Source: a bacterium
GTDB lineage: Bacteria; UBA8248
DNA length: 64,000 nt
Assembly (NCBI GenBank): GCA_965202625.1
Contig: CBDBBI010000010.1
Location: 2,112,001 to 2,176,000 of the forward strand
Direction of reading: 5' to 3'
Positions 57,844 to 64,000 of this stretch are shown in pieces. Both the position numbers and the translations under genes were made by a program. Below the pieces are notes generated by a model, which saw nothing but the letters and a program-made list of their open reading frames with translations, was not told where the DNA came from and did not search any database. Within the stretch, counting starts at the first letter, position 1; each line of letters begins with the position of its first letter.

Positions 57844-58644
57844 ATGCCATGCGTCTCGCTGCGCTCCAACACAAAGATTTTCTATGACGTCTATGGGGAG
57901 GGCCCGCCCCTTCTGCTGGTGAGCGGAACGGGTCACGACCACACGTTCTGGTCGGGGCAGCTGCCCTTGTTGCGCGCGGATTATCGTTGCGTCGTTTTTG
58001 ACAACCGGGGGGTTGGCAAGAGCGATGCGCCCGCTCCGGGATATTCCCTCGCCGACATGGCGGACGACGCCGCCGGCGTCCTGGACGCCGCAGGCGTCGA
58101 GTGCGCCCACATCATGGGTTTTTCCATGGGCGGGCACATTGCCACCGAGCTCGCCCTGCGCTACCCCGGGCGCGTCGTCAGCTTGGGACTTCACCACACC
58201 TGGGCACGAAACTGCGCGCGTCTGGGCTCTTTTCAGCGTGCCCGCAAGCGTCTGGCCGCGCGCGGCGAGCGCGAAGCGCTCGTGGAACTCAGTCTCCTGG
58301 GGCTTTACTCCCATGAATTCTACGATGCGAACGCCGACTTGCTGGAGCAAAAAAGGATGTGGCTCACCGAACAATCCGGTGCCGACCTAGGCTGGGAGGG
58401 GCAGCTGACCGCCTGCCTTGAAGGCGATACGCTCGAGCGTCTCCATCACATCAGGGTTCCCACCCTTATCACTTGCTCGGACCGAGACCTCATCGTTGAT
58501 CCCCATCATGCGAGGGAGATGCACGCGCGCATCAAGCACTCAAGGCTCATCGTCATGGAGGGGACGGGCCACGTGGCGCTCATCGAGAGGCCCGACGCAT
58601 TCGCCCGGATTTGCCATGCGTTCCTCGCCTCTGTCCCCACTTGA
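57844..58644 (+). CDS. alpha/beta fold hydrolase
   Basis: DNRGVGKS, GFSMGG, GTGH. Confidence 0.9.
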   Translation: MPCVSLRSNTKIFYDVYGEGPPLLLVSGTGHDHTFWSGQLPLLRADYRCVVFDNRGVGKSDAPAPGYSLADMADDAAGVLDAAGVECAHIMGFSMGGHIATELALRYPGRVVSLGLHHTWARNCARLGSFQRARKRLAARGEREALVELSLLGLYSHEFYDANADLLEQKRMWLTEQSGADLGWEGQLTACLEGDTLERLHHIRVPTLITCSDRDLIVDPHHAREMHARIKHSRLIVMEGTGHVALIERPDAFARICHAFLASVPT

Positions 58645-58692
58645 CGGAGAGAGCCATTGCGCACAGCGTTCTTTTGACGCGAATGAGGGGAG

Positions 58693-59274
58693 CTATGCTC
58701 CTGGTCCTGGATGGGCTTGACCCATCAGGGGCAGAACCTTCCTAGCGCGTGTGAATTCGCATCGCTTCCATTCTTCGATCAGCGCGACGTATTCCTTATG
58801 CTTCGCTATAAGGCATCTGTCCAGTCCGGCAATATCTCCCGTCTGTATCTTTTGTTGGATTCCAAGGGCTTCATCGGAGAGTGTGAGCAGGTAGATTCTA
58901 GCTTGTCGGTATACCTGCTTCAACGCCATTCCCTCAAGGTCGGCCTGTTTGTAGCGCTCTCTCAACGACGTTTTCATCGTCAGCACAACGGGTCGCTTCG
59001 GGTCATAAAGCACGAGATCAAAATCCGCGTTCGGCACGCGCTCAAACCTCGCCTGGTAGTAAAACGGCGCGACGTTCTCTTGCGCCAGAGTCTCGCAAAC
59101 GAGATATTCGAATATCCGCCCGTTGACGCTCGGATTGTTGGGGTAGTTGGCCCTGTAGGTATCGTAAACCTGTTCTATGAACTTATGCGGTTCACCGTAA
59201 TTTATATCTTCCAGCAAGGCATGGTATATGTGCCCGCTTGCGCCGGTTGTGATTTCTGTAATTTTAGACTGCAT
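58693..59274 (-). CDS. type II restriction endonuclease (CCGG-family-like)
   Basis: NGRIFE, DFDLV, KTSLRERYKQ; adjacent to a DNA methyltransferase. Confidence 0.75.
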   Translation of the reverse strand: MQSKITEITTGASGHIYHALLEDINYGEPHKFIEQVYDTYRANYPNNPSVNGRIFEYLVCETLAQENVAPFYYQARFERVPNADFDLVLYDPKRPVVLTMKTSLRERYKQADLEGMALKQVYRQARIYLLTLSDEALGIQQKIQTGDIAGLDRCLIAKHKEYVALIEEWKRCEFTRARKVLPLMGQAHPGPGA

Positions 59275-60026
59275 TCTTGACGTATCCGTTTGATGGACAA
59301 TTCACAGTACTTTTCCTCAAGTTCCAGCCCCACTCCATTCCGCCCGTTTAGAATGGCCTCGATCATTGTGGTGCCGCTCCCGAGGAAGGGGTCGAGGATG
59401 GTGTCCCCCCTGAATGAGAAGAGCTTGATGCAGCGCCTGGGTAGCTCTCTGGGGAACGGAGCTTCGTGACCGACCCGCTTTGCGGACTCTCCGTTGAAGG
59501 TCCACCGTCCTCCCGTCCAGTCCTTGAACTCGTCTGCGGTGATGTCGTTTTGACCCTGCCTCTCTCTTTTCCACTCGTCTTTGTAGAGGACGATGATTGT
59601 CTCCACGGGGGCTATCACGTGAGGGGCTGATGCTGACTTCCAACTCCCCCAGGCCGTTCGTCGGGAAGTATTCCCCTCGTTCCAGATGATGGTCGCGTGG
59701 TATTTCCAGTCGACCTCCAGGGCTGCCTGGGTGACGTCTGACGATAGCGGTTGCTTGCCGTTTTTGTTCTTGTCGAGAGAGACGTTCACGCATAGCCTCC
59801 CTGTCCGCTTGGTCCAGTGGTAGACGTTTGTGAGCCAGGTGCGGGTGAAGTCCCTGTATTCTTTGAGGGACATGGTGTCGCCTTCCTCGCTCCCGTCGTA
59901 GGGCTTGGATAGGTTGTAGGGTGGGGAGGTGACCGTGAGGTCCACGCTCTCCCTTGGTAGCGTGTGTGGGTTTGTCGCGTCCGCTTGAGTTATTTGATGA
60001 TGGATGCGTGATTCCCGCTCAGCCAT
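59202..60026 (-). CDS. beta-class N4/N6 DNA methyltransferase (probably m4C)
   Basis: TSPPY precedes H.APFP and DPFLGSGTT. Confidence 0.92.
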   Translation of the reverse strand: MAERESRIHHQITQADATNPHTLPRESVDLTVTSPPYNLSKPYDGSEEGDTMSLKEYRDFTRTWLTNVYHWTKRTGRLCVNVSLDKNKNGKQPLSSDVTQAALEVDWKYHATIIWNEGNTSRRTAWGSWKSASAPHVIAPVETIIVLYKDEWKRERQGQNDITADEFKDWTGGRWTFNGESAKRVGHEAPFPRELPRRCIKLFSFRGDTILDPFLGSGTTMIEAILNGRNGVGLELEEKYCELSIKRIRQECSLKLQKSQPAQAGTYTMPCWKI

Positions 60027-60240
60027 AGAGGAGCCTGCAGAGGAAAATAAATTTGCTCGCCGTTGCAGACTGGCTTGGCTCATAGCAAGTATTCCAAATG
60101 AATTCACCTCATTTAACTTTCATATTGTCATGCTTCATCCCCGGAGGTCAAGCGCATGAAACGCGAGGTTTTGTGAATTATCAGAGGCCATCGCCTTAGG
60201 CCGTGGGGGACGACTCCGGAGCGTGATTTGACAAAAATCT

Positions 60241-60975
60241 TTGACTTGGGGCAAGAACGATTCGGCACGGCTTTTTTGGACGATAACGCCAGGCGGCCCC
60301 GGGGCTGGAAAGCGAGGTGTCCCCATCATCAAGAAAATTCTTGGCTGGTTCTTGAAAAAGAACAGGCCTCCCTTCGGGGGCGACCCGCCCGAGGCGCGCC
60401 CGACCTTCAGCCTGCCCATGGCCCCGGACCAGGCGGTGCAAGAAGCCCTTTTCAGCGAGAAGGTCAAAGCCCACGCGGAGTGGCTCGATAGTGCCGGCGC
60501 GCGCGGGGAGCGCGCCGAGTTTGATAACGCGCGTCTTGAGCTCGTCAGTCTGTTTCTCGTGAATCTCTCCAGGGCGAGTTTGCGGGGCGCGCGCCTTGTC
60601 CGCGCCCACGCGCAATGGGCGAACCTGGGCGGGGCGGACCTCTCGAACGCTCGTTTAGAAGGCGCCGACCTGTTTCAGTCGAGCTTAGAAGGGGCGAATC
60701 TCACCGGTGCTCGAATGGCCGAGGCGAACATGATGTCGACGGACCTGAAATTCGCAAATTTGACGAACTCTGATCTAAGAGGGGCGGACCTGCGCGGCGC
60801 CTCGTTACAGCGGGCGAAGCTCACGGGCGCCCATCTGGCGGATGCCCTCGTTCACGATGCAGACTTGGAGCTTGTCGACGTCCGGGGCGTCGATCTCTCT
60901 GGTGTGCGGGGGCTGACGCCCGCGCAGGCCAAAGTCGCGCTCAGGAATGAGAAAACGCTCTTTCCGGATGCGTGA
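60241..60975 (+). CDS. pentapeptide repeat protein (start uncertain)
   Basis: Many A(D/N)Lxx units (GADLS NARLE GADLF...). Confidence 0.85.
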   Translation: MTWGKNDSARLFWTITPGGPGAGKRGVPIIKKILGWFLKKNRPPFGGDPPEARPTFSLPMAPDQAVQEALFSEKVKAHAEWLDSAGARGERAEFDNARLELVSLFLVNLSRASLRGARLVRAHAQWANLGGADLSNARLEGADLFQSSLEGANLTGARMAEANMMSTDLKFANLTNSDLRGADLRGASLQRAKLTGAHLADALVHDADLELVDVRGVDLSGVRGLTPAQAKVALRNEKTLFPDA

Positions 60976-61216
60976 GAGGAATGCGCCGCAGATGATGTTT
61001 CTCATCCTGCGCGGTTGTCTTGTTTTGTTTATGCGAGAGCAGGGGCTCCATTTCTGATGAAGACACGATCTCTTTGAACCCATAATTCAGACGCTGGTTT
61101 TCCTTTTTTGGGCTTGTGCATAATCCGTCGCACAAAATGTCCAGCGCGTTTTTATAGGGGGTTTTTGCAGCCCGATTGATACGCTCTTCTACGGAATCCT
61201 GCCCTTTTTCCGTCTT

Positions 61217-61244
61217 TTTACTTTTGTGGGATTCGGTTTATGAT
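61217..61244 (+). promoter_or_regulatory. possible sigma70 promoter
   Basis: TTTACT-16 nt-TATGAT in an AT-rich stretch upstream of 61262. Confidence 0.35.
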
Positions 61245-61261
61245 GCGCTCTCTCAGGATGA

Positions 61262-62371
61262 ATGAAAGGGAGCGGCATGCGGCGGACGATGCAGACGGTG
61301 GGCGCCGAAATTGATTTGGTGGAGCACTATTACGAGCGGGGCTTCTCGGACGGGCTTCCCGTCGTTCCGCCCACACCGGAGAAAATCGACGCTGCCATCT
61401 CGGCCTTGGGGGGGGAGGGAGACCTCATCGAGTGCCGCGTGCCCCCGCGCTGGGGCAATCTCACGAGAGAGGTTCTGGCGATCAACATGGTGATGGCGGG
61501 CTGCAAGGCGGAATACGCATCCGTCACGCGCGCGGCGATGCGCGCGATTTGCGACCCCCACTTCAACCTGAACGGCGTCCAGGCCACTACCCACATGGCG
61601 TGTCCTCTCATTGTCGTGAACGGACCAGTGCGGGGCGAGATCGGCATGAACGCCGGCGGCAACGTTTTCGGCTCGGGCAACCGCGCGAACGCGACCATAG
61701 GCCGGGCGGTGCGAATGACGCTCCTGAACGTGGGTGGCGCGTGGCCGGGCGACCTCGACAAGAGCACGCTGGGCTGTCCTACGAAATACACCTATTGCAT
61801 CGCCGAGAACGAGGAGGCGAGCCCTTGGGCACCCTATCACGTGGAGCAGGGCTACGCGCCCGAGGATTCCACGGTCCTCGCCATCGCGGCCGAGGCGCCC
61901 CACAGCGTAACGAACCATGTCTCCGACGACCCCGAGGGAGTGCTCGACAGCATTTGCTCGGCGATGAGCACGATCGCGCACAACAATGCGGTGAGCAGCG
62001 GCTCGTGTGCCGTCGTCATAGGCCCCGAGCACGCGGCTACTATCAGCTTGAAGGGCTGGACGCGAAACGACGTGAAGAGCTATCTGTGGATGCACACCAA
62101 AAACACGTTCGCCGACATTTCGTTTAACCACCGCTACGGGAAGGTCTATAACCGCAATATCCCCAGGTGGTATAGGCGCGAGGCGGACGCGCGCATTCCC
62201 ATCGTGCCGAGTCCGGAGAACATCCATTTGTTCGTAGCGGGGGGAGAGGCGGGCCGTTTTTCCGCCTTCATTCCCGGCTGGGGCCACATGACGAATCCGG
62301 TGCTGCGGGCGATTGACGGCAAAGCGCCCGAGGGCGGGCATGCCTGCTTGGATGGCGCCTGTTTGCTTTAG
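61262..62371 (+). CDS. conserved hypothetical protein of the type found next to UGSC-family genes
   Basis: GFSDGLPVVPPT, AINMVMAGC, NRANATIGRA, AENEE.SPW; C-terminal CLDGAC. Confidence 0.78.
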   Translation: MKGSGMRRTMQTVGAEIDLVEHYYERGFSDGLPVVPPTPEKIDAAISALGGEGDLIECRVPPRWGNLTREVLAINMVMAGCKAEYASVTRAAMRAICDPHFNLNGVQATTHMACPLIVVNGPVRGEIGMNAGGNVFGSGNRANATIGRAVRMTLLNVGGAWPGDLDKSTLGCPTKYTYCIAENEEASPWAPYHVEQGYAPEDSTVLAIAAEAPHSVTNHVSDDPEGVLDSICSAMSTIAHNNAVSSGSCAVVIGPEHAATISLKGWTRNDVKSYLWMHTKNTFADISFNHRYGKVYNRNIPRWYRREADARIPIVPSPENIHLFVAGGEAGRFSAFIPGWGHMTNPVLRAIDGKAPEGGHACLDGACLL

Positions 62372-62397
62372 AGCGGATCGAGAACAGGAGGGAAACC

Positions 62398-62952
62398 ATG
62401 AGCGACCTCATCACCGGCCAAATCGTCTATGACCCCCGAGGGGTGGTCGAGGCCGAGCCCCAGCCTATCGCGCCGCGCGTCCGGAATTTGAAGGGTCTCA
62501 ATCTCGGCGTCCTAGACAACACGAAATGGAACGCGCGCAGGCTTCTTGAGAAAACCACGGCGCTGATGGAGGCGGAGTGCCCCTTCGCGCAGGTGCGTTA
62601 CTACAAAAAGGAGAGTTTTTCCAAGAACGCGGCGCCTGCGCTGATTGCCCAAATCGCGCAGGAGAACGACGTTGTCCTCACGGCGATTGGCGACTGAGGC
62701 TCCTGCACCTCGTGCTGTATGCACGACGCGGTCTCCCTGGAGCAGGTGGGGTTGCCCACCGCTGTGGTGGTGACGGATGTTTTTCTGCATGAAGCCCACG
62801 TGCAAAGGGCGGCGTTGGGGATGGACGGTCTCGACCCCGTGGTCATCAAGCATCCTCTGAGCACGCTCTCGGATGAGAAAATATCAGCGCGAGCGAGCGA
62901 TGCGGCTCGGCAGGCGTTAAAAGTCCTACTTAGCGAATATATCACCCTTTGA
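62398..62952 (+). CDS. UGSC-family probable selenoprotein (UGA at 62695-62697)
   Basis: Reading through gives TAIGD-U-GSCTSCCMHDAVSLE, joining track ORFs 62398-62697 and 62719-62952 in frame. Confidence 0.88.
62699..62746 (+). promoter_or_regulatory. SECIS-like hairpin
   Basis: TCGTGC-TGTAT-GCACGA (62710-62726) with the loop 18 nt after the UGA; lower pairing GCTCC/GGAGC. Confidence 0.65.
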
Positions 62953-62954
62953 CG

Positions 62955-64000
62955 ATGAAGTCACTCGAAGACGTTCGCGTTCTGGACCTCACGCAGTTTC
63001 TCTCGGGTTCCCATGCCACGCTTTTTCTGGCGCGTCTGGGCGCGGAGGTCATTTGGATTGGCAATCCGACCACAGGCGATCCGGTGGCCTACTCCCCTCC
63101 CTTCGTCGGCGCGAAGGGCGTTTCCTATCATTCCCGGACAGATGAGGACATGGGCATCGCCTACCTCAAGCGCACGCGCGGGAAAAAGGCGATCACCCTC
63201 AACCTCAAGGACCCTAGAGACCGGAAGATGTTCTACGGACTCGTCGATCGGGCCGACGTCGTGGTGGAAAATTTCTACATCGACGTCACCAAACGGCTCA
63301 AGATCGATTACGAAACTCTTCAGGCGCGCAAGACCTCTTTGATCTACTGTTCCATCACGGGCTACGGCCAGAGGGGCCCGGACGAGGGATACGACGCCGT
63401 CTCCCAGGCCGCCTCGGGGTTGATGAACCTCGTGGGTTTTCCTGACGGCCCGCCCACCAAGGCAGGTTCTGCTCTGGGTGACAGCATAGGCGGGATGTTC
63501 GCCTTCCGTGCCATTCTTGCTGCGCTTTGTTTTCTTCTTGGGGGGTGTCTGGCGCGCATTGATCCGCAAACCCTTGATTTGGTGGGTGAGGCGCGACGCG
63601 CCTTTGACGCCGCCTATTTCATGGTCGAGGTGGACGGCGCGCTCATTGAAGGCCGAGTGCGGCGGAAATACGTTCAGGAGAGGCTCGCGAGCCTCAGGCA
63701 AAAACGGCCCACCGTCATTTATGCGCACGGCTGCTCAGGGCTTGGTGCCTGGAGTTTGCGCTATATGCGCCTGCTAGCGCGGGCCGGCTACGCCGTCCTC
63801 GCCCCCGATAGCTTCGCGCGCCGCTATCGACCCGACACCTGTCTTCCCTCCGCGCGTCAGCCGATTCCGGGCGCGCCGTTCAGAAGGGTGGGGCAGATGC
63901 GCCAGGAGGAGATTCACCACGCAGCGTATCGGGTACGGCGGATGCGCTGGGTGGACAGAAACAACCTGTTTCTGATGGGCCACAGCCAGGGCGGCTCCGC
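62955..64000 (+). CDS. CaiB/BaiF CoA-transferase N-half fused in frame to a dienelactone-hydrolase-like protein (runs off the edge)
   Basis: VRVLDLTQFLSG, ADVVVENF, CSITGYGQ.GP, ALGD; then LLGGC, YAHGCSG, GYAVLAPDSF, MGHSQGG. No stop in this frame to the window end. Confidence 0.8.
   Translation, partial: MKSLEDVRVLDLTQFLSGSHATLFLARLGAEVIWIGNPTTGDPVAYSPPFVGAKGVSYHSRTDEDMGIAYLKRTRGKKAITLNLKDPRDRKMFYGLVDRADVVVENFYIDVTKRLKIDYETLQARKTSLIYCSITGYGQRGPDEGYDAVSQAASGLMNLVGFPDGPPTKAGSALGDSIGGMFAFRAILAALCFLLGGCLARIDPQTLDLVGEARRAFDAAYFMVEVDGALIEGRVRRKYVQERLASLRQKRPTVIYAHGCSGLGAWSLRYMRLLARAGYAVLAPDSFARRYRPDTCLPSARQPIPGAPFRRVGQMRQEEIHHAAYRVRRMRWVDRNNLFLMGHSQGGS

Overview
GC-rich bacterial chromosomal window, mostly housekeeping and catabolic genes: an RND efflux pair, queG, gatA/gatB, degP, a diadenylate cyclase, rimO, csaA, a class IV aminotransferase, hydantoinase A/B, a CtpA-type protease and gpmI. 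Three accessory regions interrupt it. (i) A ~10 kb defence-type island (24.3-34.4 kb) carries an orphan PD-(D/E)XK nuclease, a type IIG R-M enzyme, hicA/hicB, a His-rich ORF plus DUF1828-like pair, and an ABC-ATPase plus TOPRIM-like pair bracketed by an 88-bp direct repeat. (ii) An XRE-HTH / DUF4258-like / RAMA-domain module (43.1-46.0 kb) has been tandemly amplified and includes a chimeric gene. (iii) A type II R-M pair lies at 58.7-60.0 kb. Two genes that the ORF track splits at TGA read through in frame into UxxC motifs followed by SECIS-like hairpins, so both are probable selenoproteins (GrdB/PrdB-like and UGSC-like). Also present: a 4x ~145-bp tandem array seeded on the gpmI 3' end, an unlisted 35-aa membrane ORF, an amidohydrolase remnant, and a CoA-transferase/hydrolase chimera running off the right edge. 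I found no rRNA, tRNA, CRISPR array, integrase or transposase. All family assignments come from motif recognition by eye, not database searches.
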